Notes: a model not told the origin generated them from the sequence alone. Numbered from the stretch's first letter, positions 40,348 through 51,931 are shown. The stretch: DNA of 64,000 nt from Bacilli bacterium (GCA_050949315.1 JBMNFL010000001.1:928001-992000); one strand, 5' to 3'. Numbers and translations: made by a program.

Positions 40348-41001
40348 ATGCCAAGAGTAAATGTATTGGATCAAAATGGCGAGAAAGTAAGTACCCTTAA
40401 TCTTGCGAAAGAGGTCTTCGCTATTGAGCCCAATGAACAAGCGATGTTTGATGCCGTTCAAGTCGCTTTAAGCAATCGTCGTCAAGACACGGCCAAAACC
40501 AAGACACGGGCAGAAGTCCGTGGTGGTGGTAGGAAACCCTGGCGACAAAAAGGAACTGGTCGAGCAAGACATGGTTCCACGCGTTCTCCCCAATGGCGCC
40601 ATGGTGGTGTTGCCTTTGGGCCAACTGGAGAACAAGATCATTCAATTAAGATGAACAAAAAAGAGCGCGTTTTAGCACTGAAGTCCATCTTATCTGCGAA
40701 ATTAGCTATGAAAGAGTTAACTGTTGTTGATAAGTTCGAATTCGCTGAGCCTAAAACCAAGGCTATGGAAGCTTCTTTAAAGGCCCTTGGGCTAGAAGGC
40801 AAGAAAACACTCATAGTTATGAGTGCGGATTCAATGAATGATGAAGCCTTATTATCAGTCCTCAACTTACCTAAAGTTGGACTGCTCTATTTCTTTGAAA
40901 TTAATGTTTATGATGTGATGAATGCCGAACATTTAGTTCTAACTAAAGAGGCGGCAAAAATTCTTGGGGAGGTGCTAGGCAATGGCGCGGAAGGCAAGTA
41001 A
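40348..41001 (+). CDS. rplD: 50S ribosomal protein L4
   Basis: KPWRQKGTGRAR motif. Confidence 0.97.
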   Translation: MPRVNVLDQNGEKVSTLNLAKEVFAIEPNEQAMFDAVQVALSNRRQDTAKTKTRAEVRGGGRKPWRQKGTGRARHGSTRSPQWRHGGVAFGPTGEQDHSIKMNKKERVLALKSILSAKLAMKELTVVDKFEFAEPKTKAMEASLKALGLEGKKTLIVMSADSMNDEALLSVLNLPKVGLLYFFEINVYDVMNAEHLVLTKEAAKILGEVLGNGAEGK

Positions 41002-41326
41002 GAGTGCGGAAGTTCGTAAATTCCCACTTCCGACCGAACATGATTATGCGGTTTTAAAAACTCCGCTAGTCACGGAAAAAAGTATGAAACTGATGCAAGA
41101 TGGTCAAAGAATAGTCCTAAAAGTCGCCGTTGGCGCAACAGCACCAGAAATTAAAAAGGCTTTTGAATCGATCTTTAATCGCAAGGTTAAAAGAATCAAT
41201 ACGGCTAATGTCCGTAGCAAACCTAAAAAGATGGGAAAATTTGAAGGTACAGTTCCCGCTTATAAGAAAGCAATTATTATCTTAGCGGAAGGCGAGAGTC
41301 TTGATCTCTTCGCGGAAGAGAAGTAG
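40982..41326 (+). CDS. rplW: 50S ribosomal protein L23
   Basis: PLVTEKS and YKKAII motifs; N-terminal extension overlaps rplD. Confidence 0.93.
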   Translation: MARKASKSAEVRKFPLPTEHDYAVLKTPLVTEKSMKLMQDGQRIVLKVAVGATAPEIKKAFESIFNRKVKRINTANVRSKPKKMGKFEGTVPAYKKAIIILAEGESLDLFAEEK

Positions 41327-41336
41327 GTGAGAAAAT

Positions 41337-42170
41337 ATGGCAATTAAAAAATATAAACCAACCTCTCCTGGTCGCCGCAACATGACTATCCTCGATAATC
41401 GGGAACTCAGTAAAAAGCAACCAGAAAAGAGATTGACTGTCGGTCTTAAGAAAACCGGTGGTCGTAACAACATGGGGCTCATCACCTGTCGACATATCGG
41501 TGGTGGAGCCAAAAGAAAGTATCGTTTAATTGATTTTAAACGCAACAAAGATAACATCCCCGCTCGGGTTCAGGCCTTAGAGTATGATCCTAACCGGACT
41601 TGTAACATTGCCCTTCTGGCTTATGCTGATGGGGAAAAGCGTTACATTCTCGCGCCAAAGGATTTGAAAGTTGGCGATCAGGTCATCTCGGGTGAACAGG
41701 CGGATATTATCGTTGGTAACTGTTTACCACTAGCCAATATTCCTGAAGGTACCTTTATTCACAATATTGAATTAAAACCAGGAGCTGGTGGTCAGCTCGT
41801 GCGTAGCGCGGGCACCAGCGCCCAGCTGCTCGCGAAAGAAGAAAAATACATTACTGTGCGTTTGGCTTCGGGCGAAGTTCGTAAAATCCTAGCCACTTGT
41901 CGGGCAACGATTGGTCAAGTTGGTAATGAGGACCATGGCCTTGTTAAGCTAGGCAAAGCTGGCAAAAGTCGGCATCTAGGGATACGGCCAACCGTTCGTG
42001 GTTCGGTTATGAACCCTGTCGATCACCCACATGGTGGTGGTGAAGGTAAATCACCAATCGGTCGTGACGCACCAAGAACACCTTGGGGCAAACGGGCCCT
42101 TGGTGTTAAGACAAGAAATAAAAAGAAGGCCTCTAGTCGTTTGATAATTAGACGCCGGAATGTTAAGTAG
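41337..42170 (+). CDS. rplB: 50S ribosomal protein L2
   Basis: [18 protein letters not shown] motif. Confidence 0.98.
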   Translation: MAIKKYKPTSPGRRNMTILDNRELSKKQPEKRLTVGLKKTGGRNNMGLITCRHIGGGAKRKYRLIDFKRNKDNIPARVQALEYDPNRTCNIALLAYADGEKRYILAPKDLKVGDQVISGEQADIIVGNCLPLANIPEGTFIHNIELKPGAGGQLVRSAGTSAQLLAKEEKYITVRLASGEVRKILATCRATIGQVGNEDHGLVKLGKAGKSRHLGIRPTVRGSVMNPVDHPHGGGEGKSPIGRDAPRTPWGKRALGVKTRNKKKASSRLIIRRRNVK

Positions 42171-42189
42171 AAAAGGAGGAAAATAAGAA

Positions 42190-42480
42190 ATGGCACGCAG
42201 TGTAAAAAAAGGACCCTTCGTTGATGCTCATCTAATGAAGAAGGTTGAAGCTTTAAACAAAGCTCATAAAAAAGAAGTTATTAAGACTTGGTCCCGCCGG
42301 TCAACTATCTTCCCCCAATTCGTCGAACATACCTTCGCCGTCTATAACGGAAGAGAGCATATTCCAGTTTATGTTACTGAGGATATGATCGGACATAAAT
42401 TAGGGGAGTTTTCTCCCACGAGGACCTACCGTGGTCACACCGGGCACACCGCTGAAGATAAGGCAGCGAAAGCCAGATAG
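42190..42480 (+). CDS. rpsS: 30S ribosomal protein S19
   Basis: [10 protein letters not shown] and [11 protein letters not shown] motifs. Confidence 0.98.
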   Translation: MARSVKKGPFVDAHLMKKVEALNKAHKKEVIKTWSRRSTIFPQFVEHTFAVYNGREHIPVYVTEDMIGHKLGEFSPTRTYRGHTGHTAEDKAAKAR

Positions 42481-42491
42481 GAGGAGGGCAT

Positions 42492-42833
42492 ATGGCAAGT
42501 GAAGCAAAAGCCGTCGCGCGTACCGTGAGGATGACGCCACGCAAAGCCCGCCTCGTTCTCGATTTAGTTCGCGGGAAGACTATCAAAGAGGCGCAAGCGA
42601 TTTTAGTAAATACCAATAAAGCCGCCGCATCTGTTGTTCTAAAGGTTATCAATTCTGCCGCTGCGAATGCGAGCAACAACTTTAACATGAATCCCGATAA
42701 CTTGTATGTTAAAGAAATATATGCGGATGATGGAATTCGCATGAAGCGTTATATGCCAAGAGCTAAAGGTAGCGCTAGTAGCATAATCAAAAGAACATGT
42801 CACATTACCGCCGTGGTGGCGGAGAAAGAATAA
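42492..42833 (+). CDS. rplV: 50S ribosomal protein L22
   Basis: PRKARLV and PRAKGSA motifs. Confidence 0.97.
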   Translation: MASEAKAVARTVRMTPRKARLVLDLVRGKTIKEAQAILVNTNKAAASVVLKVINSAAANASNNFNMNPDNLYVKEIYADDGIRMKRYMPRAKGSASSIIKRTCHITAVVAEKE

Positions 42834-42846
42834 GGAGGGAGATACT

Positions 42847-43512
42847 ATGGGTCAAAAAGTTAATCCAGTTGGACTGCGCGTTGGCGTGAACCGTGATTGG
42901 GATTCCTTATGGTATGCCGATAAAGAGTACTCCAAGTTCTTACAAGAAGATATTAAGATGCGGGAATTACTGGAGAAAGAGTTAAATGATGCTGGCCTTT
43001 CTCGGACTGAAATTAGAAGAATCAAAGATAACATTGAAGTCATCGTTTGGGTGGCTAAACCTGGTGTTGTCTTAGGTCAAGACGGTAAACATGTTGAAGA
43101 AATAGTTAAGAAATTAACAAAACTTTGTAATGGCGCCAAGGTTAAAATCAGCGTTCAAGAAGTTAAAAACGTCGATCTAGATGCGACTTTAGTTGCTAGA
43201 TCTATCGCCTTACAACTTGAACAAAGAGCTTCCTTTAGAACCGCTCAAAAGAAAGCGATACAAAGAGTTATGCGGGCGGGGGCTAAGGGAGTTAGAACGA
43301 TTGTTTCTGGTCGTTTAGGTGGCGCGGAAATCGCGCGTAGTGAGGGCTACTCCGATGGTGTTGTTCCTCTTCACACCCTAAGAGCAGATATTGATTTTGC
43401 TATCGCCGAAGCGGCCACACAGTATGGCCGTTTAGGTGTCAAAGTTTGGATTTGTCGGGGCGAGATTCTCAAGAAGAAAAAAGCTCATGACTTTAATGCG
43501 AAAGGAGAGTAG
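42847..43512 (+). CDS. rpsC: 30S ribosomal protein S3
   Basis: MGQKVNPVGLR and SGRLGGAEIAR motifs. Confidence 0.98.
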   Translation: MGQKVNPVGLRVGVNRDWDSLWYADKEYSKFLQEDIKMRELLEKELNDAGLSRTEIRRIKDNIEVIVWVAKPGVVLGQDGKHVEEIVKKLTKLCNGAKVKISVQEVKNVDLDATLVARSIALQLEQRASFRTAQKKAIQRVMRAGAKGVRTIVSGRLGGAEIARSEGYSDGVVPLHTLRADIDFAIAEAATQYGRLGVKVWICRGEILKKKKAHDFNAKGE

Positions 43513-43518
43513 TTATTT

Positions 43519-43932
43519 ATGTTAATGCCTAAGAGAACTAAATACAGAAGACCCCATCGCATAAGTTATGAGGGCAAGGCTAAGGCAGGGACGACTGTTA
43601 ATTTTGGGGAGTTTGGTTTACAAGCCATTGAAGGCGGCTACGTAACCAATAACCAAATTGAAGCCGCCCGTATCGCTTTATCCCGTTATACTAGAAGAGC
43701 GGGTCAAATTTGGATTCGCATCTTCCCCCATTTATCAAAGACCAAAAAACCTTTAGAGGTTAGAATGGGTTCTGGTAAAGGTGCCCCAGATTCTTGGGTC
43801 GCTGTAGTTAAAGCTGGAAGAATTATGTTTGAAATTGGTGGCGTGTCTGAAGAACAATGCCGTGAGGCCTTGCGTTTGGCATCTCACAAGTTACCAGTCA
43901 AGACAAGAGTTGTCACTAAGGAGGGTGAGTAA
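43519..43932 (+). CDS. rplP: 50S ribosomal protein L16
   Basis: [10 protein letters not shown] and VRMGSGKG motifs. Confidence 0.98.
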   Translation: MLMPKRTKYRRPHRISYEGKAKAGTTVNFGEFGLQAIEGGYVTNNQIEAARIALSRYTRRAGQIWIRIFPHLSKTKKPLEVRMGSGKGAPDSWVAVVKAGRIMFEIGGVSEEQCREALRLASHKLPVKTRVVTKEGE

Positions 43933-43934
43933 TC

Positions 43935-44135
43935 ATGAAAAGCTCAGAAATTAGAGAAATGAAAACCCCAGATCTCAAAAAGAAAGTTTTAGATTTAAGA
44001 GAAGAATTATTTATGTTGAAGTTCCAACAAGCCACTGGTAAGACTGAGGGTGTTGAGAAATGTCGCTCAATTCGTAAAGATATCGCCCGCATTCTAACAA
44101 TCTTAAAAGAAAGGGCCACGGCTGAGGCTAAATAG
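43935..44135 (+). CDS. rpmC: 50S ribosomal protein L29
   Basis: ELFMLKFQQATG and RKDIARILT motifs. Confidence 0.95.
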   Translation: MKSSEIREMKTPDLKKKVLDLREELFMLKFQQATGKTEGVEKCRSIRKDIARILTILKERATAEAK

Positions 44136-44148
44136 GAGGTTTTGAACA

Positions 44149-44415
44149 ATGGAAGAAAGAAAAAGTCGTCGGACACTAAGTGGTGTCGTAGTTTCTGACA
44201 AAATGGCCAAAACCATTACCGTTTTAGTCGAAACAGCTAAGAAACATTCTTTGTATGGTAAAAGAGTTATCAGTACCAAGAAATACAAAGCTCATGATGA
44301 GCAAGAAAGCGCTAGAGTTGGCGACAAGGTAGAAATTATGGAATGCCGTCCGCTCTCAGCGACCAAGCATTTCCGTTTGGTTAGAATTTTAGAAAGAGCC
44401 GAACAGGTTGAATAA
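44149..44415 (+). CDS. rpsQ: 30S ribosomal protein S17
   Basis: [14 protein letters not shown] and ECRPLSATK motifs. Confidence 0.97.
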   Translation: MEERKSRRTLSGVVVSDKMAKTITVLVETAKKHSLYGKRVISTKKYKAHDEQESARVGDKVEIMECRPLSATKHFRLVRILERAEQVE

Positions 44416-44428
44416 GGAGGATGTAGCT

Positions 44429-44803
44429 ATGATTCAAAAAGAAACAAATTTAGTCGTTGCTGACAACTCCGGAGCTCGGAGCGTCCGGGTTTTTAACCTT
44501 CACGGTGGATCTTTTCGTCGCTCCGCATCGGTTGGTGATATTGTCACTGGTTCGGTTAAGGATGCCATCCCTAATAGTGCGGTGAAAAAGGGCGAAATTG
44601 TGCGGGGCGTTATCGTTCGTACAAAAAAAGAAATTACCAGAGCAGATGGCGCAAGAATTCGCTTTGATGATAACGCAATTGTTTTGATTAAAGAAGATGG
44701 AACCCCAAGAGGTACACGGGTTTTTGGACCCGTTGCTCGGGAGTTAAGAGATAAGGGCGAGGGCTTTATGAAAATTGTGTCCTTAGCACCCGAAGTCCTA
44801 TAA
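44429..44803 (+). CDS. rplN: 50S ribosomal protein L14
   Basis: [16 protein letters not shown] and [10 protein letters not shown] motifs. Confidence 0.97.
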   Translation: MIQKETNLVVADNSGARSVRVFNLHGGSFRRSASVGDIVTGSVKDAIPNSAVKKGEIVRGVIVRTKKEITRADGARIRFDDNAIVLIKEDGTPRGTRVFGPVARELRDKGEGFMKIVSLAPEVL

Positions 44804-44817
44804 GGAGGCGATCGCAG

Positions 44818-45237
44818 ATGAAAATTAGAAAAGGCGATACCGTAAAAATTATAGCGGGTGGCAACTCAAAAAAGAATCAAGACAAGGGTAAGGTTGGCGA
44901 AGTTCTCGACGTTAATCTTAAAAAGAATACTGTCGTTGTTCAAGGAGTCAATATTGTGGTTAAACACCATAAACCCACGCAGCAACATCCAGAAGGCAAC
45001 ATTGAAACTAAGGAAGCGCCCATTGATGCTTCTAATGTCGCTTATTACGACAACAAAGAGAAAAAGATTGTAAAAATCGGCTACAAATTCGTAGAAGGCA
45101 AAAAAGTTCGAGTTGATAAAAAGACCGGCATTCCTTTAGAAAAGAAGGTTGCTAAAAAGGTCGCTAAAGCCGAAAAGAAGAAAGTCGACAAAAAGAAAAC
45201 TAGTAGTAAAAAGACTAGCAAGGTTAAGGAGGGTTAA
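44818..45237 (+). CDS. rplX: 50S ribosomal protein L24 with Lys-rich C-terminal tail
   Basis: KGDTVKIIAG and EAPIDASNV motifs. Confidence 0.96.
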   Translation: MKIRKGDTVKIIAGGNSKKNQDKGKVGEVLDVNLKKNTVVVQGVNIVVKHHKPTQQHPEGNIETKEAPIDASNVAYYDNKEKKIVKIGYKFVEGKKVRVDKKTGIPLEKKVAKKVAKAEKKKVDKKKTSSKKTSKVKEG

Positions 45238-45240
45238 ACT

Positions 45241-45780
45241 ATGAGTCGTTTATTAGATAAATATCGCAACGAAGTTGTACCTGCCCTTAACAAAAAATAT
45301 AAGTATAAGTCGGTAATGCAGACTCCGCGTTTAGTCAAAATTGTGGTTAACGTTGGAGTCGGTGATGCGACAGGTAATGCCAAGTTACTTGAAGATTCGG
45401 TTAGAGAATTAACGCAGATTACCGGTCAAAAACCCGTAATTACCAAAGCCAAGAAATCCATTGCCACTTTTAAATTAAGAACAGGCATGCAAATTGGCTG
45501 TAAAGTTACTCTAAGGGGCGAGAGAATGTATGAATTTTTAGATAAACTCATCAACATTGCCTTGCCACGAGTTCGGGACTTCAGAGGTGTTTCTAAAACC
45601 GCCTTTGATGGTCGGGGCAACTACACCTTAGGAGTTAAAGAGCAATTGATCTTCCCCGAGATTAACTATGAAGATGTTAACCGCGTGCGGGGAATGGATA
45701 TTGTTATTGTTACCAGCGCTAAGCAAGATGAGCAGGCTCGTGAGATGTTAGCTCTCATGGGTATGCCGTTTGCTCGCTAG
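45241..45780 (+). CDS. rplE: 50S ribosomal protein L5
   Basis: LPRVRDFRG and FDGRGNY motifs. Confidence 0.98.
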   Translation: MSRLLDKYRNEVVPALNKKYKYKSVMQTPRLVKIVVNVGVGDATGNAKLLEDSVRELTQITGQKPVITKAKKSIATFKLRTGMQIGCKVTLRGERMYEFLDKLINIALPRVRDFRGVSKTAFDGRGNYTLGVKEQLIFPEINYEDVNRVRGMDIVIVTSAKQDEQAREMLALMGMPFAR

Positions 45781-45795
45781 AAGGAGGAGCGATTT

Positions 45796-45981
45796 ATGGC
45801 AAAATTATCACAAAGAGTTCGTCATGCACGGCCCAAAAAGTATGCCGTTAGAGAGTATAGCCGCTGTGAACGCTGCGGTCGCCCTCGTGCTGTATTAAGT
45901 AAATTCAAGCTGTGTCGGATTTGTGTCCGTGAATTGGCCTATAAAGGTCAAATTCCTGGCATGAAGAAGTCCAGTTGGTAG
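45796..45981 (+). CDS. rpsN: 30S ribosomal protein S14, zinc-binding type Z
   Basis: RCERCGR...LCRIC, 61 aa. Confidence 0.96.
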   Translation: MAKLSQRVRHARPKKYAVREYSRCERCGRPRAVLSKFKLCRICVRELAYKGQIPGMKKSSW

Positions 45982-46006
45982 AAAGGTTTAGAAGGAGGAA
46001 ATAAAC

Positions 46007-46399
46007 ATGGGAATGACAGATCCAATTGCTGATATGCTGACGAGAATTCGTAATGCCAATCAGATGAGAAACGCCACTGTTATTATGCCTCACTCCAAAG
46101 TCAAGGAAGAAATTGCCCGGATTTTGAAAGAGGAAGGCTATATTGAAGATTACTTTGCTTCAGGTGACGTTAAAAAAGAACTAACATTGACTTTAAGATA
46201 TGTTGGTAATGATCGCGTTATTACTGGTTTAAAGAGAATTTCTAAACCAGGTTTACGCGTTTATGTTAGAGCAAAACAAATGCCTAGAGTTTTGAACGGC
46301 TTAGGTATTGCTCTTATTTCTACCGCTAATGGAATGCTTACCGATAAGGAAGCTAGAAAGAATAATGTGGGCGGCGAAGTCGTCGCTTACATCTGGTAG
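46007..46399 (+). CDS. rpsH: 30S ribosomal protein S8
   Basis: [14 protein letters not shown] and SKPGLRVY motifs. Confidence 0.98.
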   Translation: MGMTDPIADMLTRIRNANQMRNATVIMPHSKVKEEIARILKEEGYIEDYFASGDVKKELTLTLRYVGNDRVITGLKRISKPGLRVYVRAKQMPRVLNGLGIALISTANGMLTDKEARKNNVGGEVVAYIW

Positions 46400-46411
46400 G
46401 GGAGGGGTTTT

Positions 46412-46960
46412 ATGTCACGTATAGGTAAAAAACCCATCGTCTTACCGGAAGATGTAACGGTGGAGTTAGAAGGTCAAACAATCACTGTTAAAGGGAAAAA
46501 TGGGAGCCTAAATTACACTTATCCCCAATTGATTAAAGTTGCACTTGAGGGTAATGAAATTTTAGTTAGCCGGCCTGATGATGAAAAAATATCACGGCAG
46601 TTACACGGTACAGTTCGCTCTCTTATCCAAAACATGGTTGTTGGTTGTCACCAAGGCTTTAAGAAAGTTTTGGTCTTAAAGGGTACGGGCTTTAGATCGG
46701 CAATCGAAGGAAAAGATGTAGTTTTGAATGTCGGTTACTCTCATCCCATTCGTGTAGAGATAATCCCTGGTTGCAAGGTAGAATGCAGCGGTCCTAACAA
46801 CACCATTATTACCGTTACTGGGATTGATAAACAAGCGGTAGGTCAACTGGCAGCCCAAATTCGCGGCGCTAGAAAACCCGAACCTTACTTAGGCAAAGGC
46901 GTTTCTTATCAGGATGAACGCATCCGGCGTAAGGAAGGCAAGAAAGCCGGTAAGAAGTAG
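46412..46960 (+). CDS. rplF: 50S ribosomal protein L6
   Basis: MSRIGKKPI and PEPYLGKG motifs. Confidence 0.98.
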   Translation: MSRIGKKPIVLPEDVTVELEGQTITVKGKNGSLNYTYPQLIKVALEGNEILVSRPDDEKISRQLHGTVRSLIQNMVVGCHQGFKKVLVLKGTGFRSAIEGKDVVLNVGYSHPIRVEIIPGCKVECSGPNNTIITVTGIDKQAVGQLAAQIRGARKPEPYLGKGVSYQDERIRRKEGKKAGKK

Positions 46961-46982
46961 AACTTAGGAAAGGAGAAAAAAG

Positions 46983-47339
46983 ATGATTAAATTTGTTTCA
47001 AAAAATGTTGCGCGTCAAAAACGCCATCAACGGATTCGTCATAAAGTAAGTGGTACTGCCGAATGTCCTCGCCTAAGTGTTTACCGTTCGAATTCGCACA
47101 TTCATGCCCAAATTATTGATGATAGCAAGGGTCTTACTTTAGCGGCGGCCTCTTCTGTCCAATTAAAATTAGCCAAAGGCGGAAGTATAGAGGCGGCTAC
47201 TCAGGTTGGTAGTGAATTAGCTAAAGTGGCCAAGAAAAAAGGCATCAGCCAAGTGGTCTTTGATCGCAGTGGCTATCTTTATCACGGACGTGTTAAAGCC
47301 TTAGCGGAAGCTGCCCGGGCTGGCGGCTTGGTCTTTTAG
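46983..47339 (+). CDS. rplR: 50S ribosomal protein L18
   Basis: PRLSVYRS and [12 protein letters not shown] motifs. Confidence 0.97.
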   Translation: MIKFVSKNVARQKRHQRIRHKVSGTAECPRLSVYRSNSHIHAQIIDDSKGLTLAAASSVQLKLAKGGSIEAATQVGSELAKVAKKKGISQVVFDRSGYLYHGRVKALAEAARAGGLVF

Positions 47340-47350
47340 GAGGTTGAAGT

Positions 47351-47986
47351 ATGGAAAACGAAGAGAAAGTTATTGTTAGTGAAGAAAAAGTTAGCGAAGC
47401 AACGAAAACTCAAGAAAAACCTCGTGAAGGGCAAGGACACGCTCGTCCAGAACGTAGAGGACCTCGGCGTGAAGGCCGTGGGCGCGGAAGAAGAGGGGAT
47501 CGAGACAAGCAATTTAAAGAGCAAGTTATTGAGATCAATCGCGTCTCTAAAACTGTTAAAGGTGGCCGGAGAATCCGTTTCAATGCTTTAGTGGCGGTTG
47601 GTGATGGGAAAGGACAAGTCGGTTTTGGTACCGGCAAGGCCAATGAAGTTCCCGATGCCATTAAAAAGGCTTTAGAAGTTGCAAGAAAGAGTGTCTTTAG
47701 AGTACCGGTTGTTAAGGGTGATACCATCCCTCATGAAATCACCACTAGATATGGAGCCTGCAAGGTCTTCTTAAAACCAGCTAAGGTTGGTACTGGGGTT
47801 ATTGCTGGTGGTCCAGTAAGAGCCGTGGTTGAATTGGCAGGTATTCGCAACATCTATTCTAAAGTTTATGGCTCACGTACCGCCATCAATATGGTGCGGG
47901 CAGTCTGCGCCGGTCTTAAAGACTTAAAAACTGTTGGGAAAATTGCTGCTCTACGGGGCAAGGCACCCAAGGATATTAAATATTAG
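47351..47986 (+). CDS. rpsE: 30S ribosomal protein S5 with N-terminal extension
   Basis: [10 protein letters not shown] and GTGVIAGG motifs. Confidence 0.97.
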   Translation: MENEEKVIVSEEKVSEATKTQEKPREGQGHARPERRGPRREGRGRGRRGDRDKQFKEQVIEINRVSKTVKGGRRIRFNALVAVGDGKGQVGFGTGKANEVPDAIKKALEVARKSVFRVPVVKGDTIPHEITTRYGACKVFLKPAKVGTGVIAGGPVRAVVELAGIRNIYSKVYGSRTAINMVRAVCAGLKDLKTVGKIAALRGKAPKDIKY

Positions 47987-47999
47987 GAGGTAAAGTATT

Positions 48000-48440
48000 A
48001 TGAAGTTACATACACTTACCTATCAAGAAGGTTCCCGCAAGAAAGCGACTCGTCGGGGTCGGGGCATTGGCTCAGGGCTTGGCAAGACGTCTGGTGCGGG
48101 ACAAAAGGGACAAAAGTCGCGTAGTGGGGGTGGCGTTCGCCCTGGTTTTGAAGGTGGTCAAAACCCCATTTATCGTCGGGTTTCTAAAAGAGGTTTTACC
48201 AATGCTGCTAAAAAGCTTTACGCGATTGTCAATGTCGAAAAATTAAATGCTTTTGAGGATGGAGCAACCGTCTGTCCCACATGCATGAAAGAAAAGGGGT
48301 TAGTTAAAAAAGAATACGACGGTGTCAAGATTCTTGGTAACGGCAAACTTACGAAAAAACTAACAGTGAAAGCTCATGTTTTTTCCAAGACTGCACAAGC
48401 TGCTATTGAAAGTGCCGGCGGAACAATTGAGGTGATTTAG
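48000..48440 (+). CDS. rplO: 50S ribosomal protein L15
   Basis: [13 protein letters not shown] and GFEGGQ motifs. Confidence 0.97.
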   Translation: MKLHTLTYQEGSRKKATRRGRGIGSGLGKTSGAGQKGQKSRSGGGVRPGFEGGQNPIYRRVSKRGFTNAAKKLYAIVNVEKLNAFEDGATVCPTCMKEKGLVKKEYDGVKILGNGKLTKKLTVKAHVFSKTAQAAIESAGGTIEVI

Positions 48441-49754
48441 GTGTTTAAAAAGATTGCTACAATCGTTAAAAACCGCGAAGTCTTCAATAGAATTATCTTC
48501 ACTTTAGTGATTCTGTTTGTCTTCAAGATTGGCTCATCTATTACCATTCCTCGTGTTGATGCCAGCAGTATCAATTATGGGGCAACAGGTGGGATCTTTG
48601 AACTACTTAATATGTTTGGTGGTGGAGCCTTATCATCTTTCTCGATCTTTGCCTTAGGTGTTTCACCTTATATTACGGCGAGCATTGTTGTTAACTTGCT
48701 TTCCAAGGGTGTTCTTCCCAAGTTAGAAGAACTTTCTAAATCAGGCGAACAGGGCAAAAGGAAAATTGATAATGTCACCCGCATGCTGACCTTGGTGTTA
48801 GCTGGTGTTCAAGCTTATGGCATCATTCTTACGATGCAGAATAACTATGGTCTAAAATCTATTTCGGGAGCAGCCTTTACGGTGCCAGATTACATTTATT
48901 TAATCATTGTCATTGTAGCAGGCACCTTCCTACTGATGTGGATGGCCGATCAAATTACTGTTAAAGGGGTGGGAAACGGCTTATCGATGATTATCTTTGC
49001 TGGTATCATCATGCAACTACCTTTCCAGATCTCCACCGCTTATCGCAGTTTTGTCACTGTTGGTGGTTCTGGCAATGCCATTTTCAATGGAATTATCAAT
49101 TTTGCCATCTATTGTCTATGTTATATTGGACTAATCATCTTTGTTATCTTTATGGAGAAGTCAGTGCGCAAAATTCCCATGCAGTATGCGGGAAGTAGCG
49201 CTCGGGCGCGGACCAAGGATGTTTCCTTCCTACCGATTAAAGTTAACTCGGCAGGAGTTATTCCGGTTATCTTTGCTTCTTCAATTTTAACAGCGCCACC
49301 CATTATTATGAGTTTCCTTGGCTACAAATCATCGCACTGGCTCTACAAGTTCTTCTCAATTGGAGCTGTGGCCAATGATGGTGTACCTTGGGGAACGATC
49401 TTCTACATTATTCTCATCTTCATCTTTGCCTACTTCTATACGATGCTGCAGATGGATCCGGAACAGATGGCGGAAAACTTCCAAAAATCTGGGGCTTATA
49501 TTCCAGGTGTGCGTCCAGGCAAAGAAACCGAGAAGTATTTAAAAAAGATTATTTACCGCGTAACCTTAATTGGTGCCATCTTCTTAGTTTTACTAGCGGG
49601 GGTACCGATGTTCCTGACAATGGTGCTAGGACTGTCTAGTGCAATCGCCTTTGGTGGCACGGGTTTAATCATCGTTGTTGGCGTTGCAACTGAAACGGCG
49701 CAACAAGTTGATGGGTTATTAGCAGGTAAAGAATATCAGGGTTTTATTGGCTGA
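48441..49754 (+). CDS. secY: Preprotein translocase subunit SecY
   Basis: SIFALGVSPYITASI, AGVIPVIFASS and IPGVRPG motifs; GTG start, TGA stop. Confidence 0.98.
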   Translation: MFKKIATIVKNREVFNRIIFTLVILFVFKIGSSITIPRVDASSINYGATGGIFELLNMFGGGALSSFSIFALGVSPYITASIVVNLLSKGVLPKLEELSKSGEQGKRKIDNVTRMLTLVLAGVQAYGIILTMQNNYGLKSISGAAFTVPDYIYLIIVIVAGTFLLMWMADQITVKGVGNGLSMIIFAGIIMQLPFQISTAYRSFVTVGGSGNAIFNGIINFAIYCLCYIGLIIFVIFMEKSVRKIPMQYAGSSARARTKDVSFLPIKVNSAGVIPVIFASSILTAPPIIMSFLGYKSSHWLYKFFSIGAVANDGVPWGTIFYIILIFIFAYFYTMLQMDPEQMAENFQKSGAYIPGVRPGKETEKYLKKIIYRVTLIGAIFLVLLAGVPMFLTMVLGLSSAIAFGGTGLIIVVGVATETAQQVDGLLAGKEYQGFIG

Positions 49755-49772
49755 AAGTAAGGAGGATTTATT

Positions 49773-50417
49773 ATGCGTATTATCTTTTTAGGGCCACCGG
49801 GCTCCGGTAAGGGTACCCAATCACTGATGATTGAAAAAGAATATAAAATCCCGCATATTTCCACTGGGGATATCTTTCGAGCGGCTATTGCTAATAAAAC
49901 TAAAGCCGGGCTTAAGGCCAAGAGTTATGTCGATCAAGGCTTACTAGTTCCCGATGCGGTGACCATCGCCGTTGTCGAGGAGAGAATTCGCCAAAAGGAT
50001 TGTGAAAAAGGCTTTCTTTTCGATGGCTTTCCCCGCACAATCGCTCAGGCTGTGGCCTTGGATAAACTCTGCTTAAAACTAGGGATTAAACTCGATGTTG
50101 TTCTTGATTTAGTCGTTGATAAGGAAGTTCTTTTAGAGCGGATTATCAATCGTCGGGTTTGTCCAAAATGTGGGGCCTCTTTCCATTTAAAGAATTTCCC
50201 ACCAAAAAACGAGGGTTTCTGTGATAACTGTGGTTCTAAACTCATCATCCGTAAAGATGATAATCCCGAAGCCATGAAGAAACGTTTAGAAACCTATGAA
50301 AAAGAAACCGCACCTTTAACAGCCTATTATGAAAAACAAGGCCTGTTAAAGAGAGTCAATGCCTTGCAAGACATTGACAAGGTTAGTCAAGACATTAGGA
50401 AATGTCTAGGGAAGTAG
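49773..50417 (+). CDS. adk: Adenylate kinase with zinc lid
   Basis: [15 protein letters not shown] and CPKC...CDNC motifs. Confidence 0.97.
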   Translation: MRIIFLGPPGSGKGTQSLMIEKEYKIPHISTGDIFRAAIANKTKAGLKAKSYVDQGLLVPDAVTIAVVEERIRQKDCEKGFLFDGFPRTIAQAVALDKLCLKLGIKLDVVLDLVVDKEVLLERIINRRVCPKCGASFHLKNFPPKNEGFCDNCGSKLIIRKDDNPEAMKKRLETYEKETAPLTAYYEKQGLLKRVNALQDIDKVSQDIRKCLGK

Positions 50418-50421
50418 TTAT

Positions 50422-51171
50422 TTGATTACGCTTAGAAATGAAGACGAGCTAGCTAAGCTACGTCAAGCAGGACGCATTGTGGCTTTAACACATCAGTATT
50501 TAAAGCAACATTTAGTCCCGGGGATAACAACGAAAAAACTTGATGATCTCGCCGAAAAATTTATCCTTTCGCAAGGAGCCACCCCTTCTTTTAAAGGGCT
50601 TTATGGTTTCCCAGGCAGTGTCTGCATCTCTTTGAACGAAACTTTGGTGCATGGCATTCCCAGTAAAAAGATAGTCTTAAAAGAAGGCGATATCATTACC
50701 ATTGACATCGGAGCTTGTTGGCAGGGTTATCATGGTGATTCGGCCTGGACCTATGCTGTTGGTGAAATTTCCGAGGAAGCCCAAAAACTTTTAGATGTAA
50801 CTGAACAAGCCTTATTTGAAGGCTTGAAGATGGCAAGAGCGGGGAATCGTATTGGGGATATCTCGCATGCAATTCAAAAGTATGTTGAAAAGTTTGGTTT
50901 CTCTCTTCCTCGCGAATACACTGGTCATGGCGTTGGGCGCGAAATACATGAAGATCCCATCGTTCCTAATTATGGTAAACCACATCGTGGTCCATTACTT
51001 CGAAAAGGAATGGTCATTGCCGTCGAACCGATGGTAAATGCTGGGGTCAAAGAAACCATCACCCTTAGCGATGGTTGGACCGTAGTAACATCCGATGGTC
51101 GCTTGTGTGCCCATTATGAACACACAGTGGCAATTACCGATGGGGCCTGTGAAATTTTCACTACACTCTAA
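50422..51171 (+). CDS. map: Methionine aminopeptidase type I
   Basis: HGIP, GHGVG, HEDP and AHYEHT motifs; TTG start. Confidence 0.96.
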   Translation: MITLRNEDELAKLRQAGRIVALTHQYLKQHLVPGITTKKLDDLAEKFILSQGATPSFKGLYGFPGSVCISLNETLVHGIPSKKIVLKEGDIITIDIGACWQGYHGDSAWTYAVGEISEEAQKLLDVTEQALFEGLKMARAGNRIGDISHAIQKYVEKFGFSLPREYTGHGVGREIHEDPIVPNYGKPHRGPLLRKGMVIAVEPMVNAGVKETITLSDGWTVVTSDGRLCAHYEHTVAITDGACEIFTTL

Positions 51172-51188
51172 AGGAGGCAAGAGAATCA

Positions 51189-51407
51189 GTGGCAAAACAA
51201 GATGTAATTGAAGTCGAAGCAACCGTCATTGAAGCATTGCCTAATGCAATGTTTAATGTCAAATTGCAAAACGGGGTCGTGATTCTTGCTCACGTTTCTG
51301 GTAAAATCCGTATGAACTACATTCGCATTTTACCGGGAGATCGAGTCACAATCGAAATTTCCCCGTATGATTTAACACGTGGGCGTATAACATATCGCTT
51401 TAAGTAG
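51189..51407 (+). CDS. infA: Translation initiation factor IF-1
   Basis: LPNAMF and [10 protein letters not shown] motifs. Confidence 0.98.
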   Translation: MAKQDVIEVEATVIEALPNAMFNVKLQNGVVILAHVSGKIRMNYIRILPGDRVTIEISPYDLTRGRITYRFK

Positions 51408-51422
51408 CAGGAGGTAGAAACG

Positions 51423-51536
51423 ATGAAAGTCAGACCTTCAGTCAAACCAATTTGCGATAAGTGTCGGGTTATTCGTCGCAAAGGCCGAGTTATGGTCATT
51501 TGTGAGAATCCCAAGCACAAGCAAAGACAGGGTTAA
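51423..51536 (+). CDS. rpmJ: 50S ribosomal protein L36
   Basis: Not in track; read manually as [37 protein letters not shown]. Confidence 0.97.
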   Translation: MKVRPSVKPICDKCRVIRRKGRVMVICENPKHKQRQG

Positions 51537-51553
51537 TAGGGAGGAAGAAAAAT

Positions 51554-51931
51554 ATGGCACGTATTGCTGGAGTAGACATCCCCAATGATAAAAGGGTTGT
51601 CATCTCATTAACTTACATTTTCGGCATTGGTCAATCCAAGGCCAGCAAGATTTTAGCAGCCGCTAAAGTCGATGAAAACAAGCGGGTTAAGGATCTCACA
51701 GAAGAGGAATTAACCGCTATTCGTAGTGAAGTTTTACATCACAAAACCGAGGGAGATCTCCGTCGGGAAGTTTCTTTAAACGTTAAAAGGCTCCAAGAAA
51801 TTGGCAGTTATCGTGGTCAAAGGCATAGAAGGGGTTTACCAACACGTGGTCAACGCACCAAGACTAATGCTAGGACCTGTAAAGGTCCAAGAAAGACCAT
51901 TGCCAACAAGAAAGCAGCCTCAAAAGGTTAG
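51554..51931 (+). CDS. rpsM: 30S ribosomal protein S13
   Basis: [10 protein letters not shown] and [11 protein letters not shown] motifs. Confidence 0.98.
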   Translation: MARIAGVDIPNDKRVVISLTYIFGIGQSKASKILAAAKVDENKRVKDLTEEELTAIRSEVLHHKTEGDLRREVSLNVKRLQEIGSYRGQRHRRGLPTRGQRTKTNARTCKGPRKTIANKKAASKG

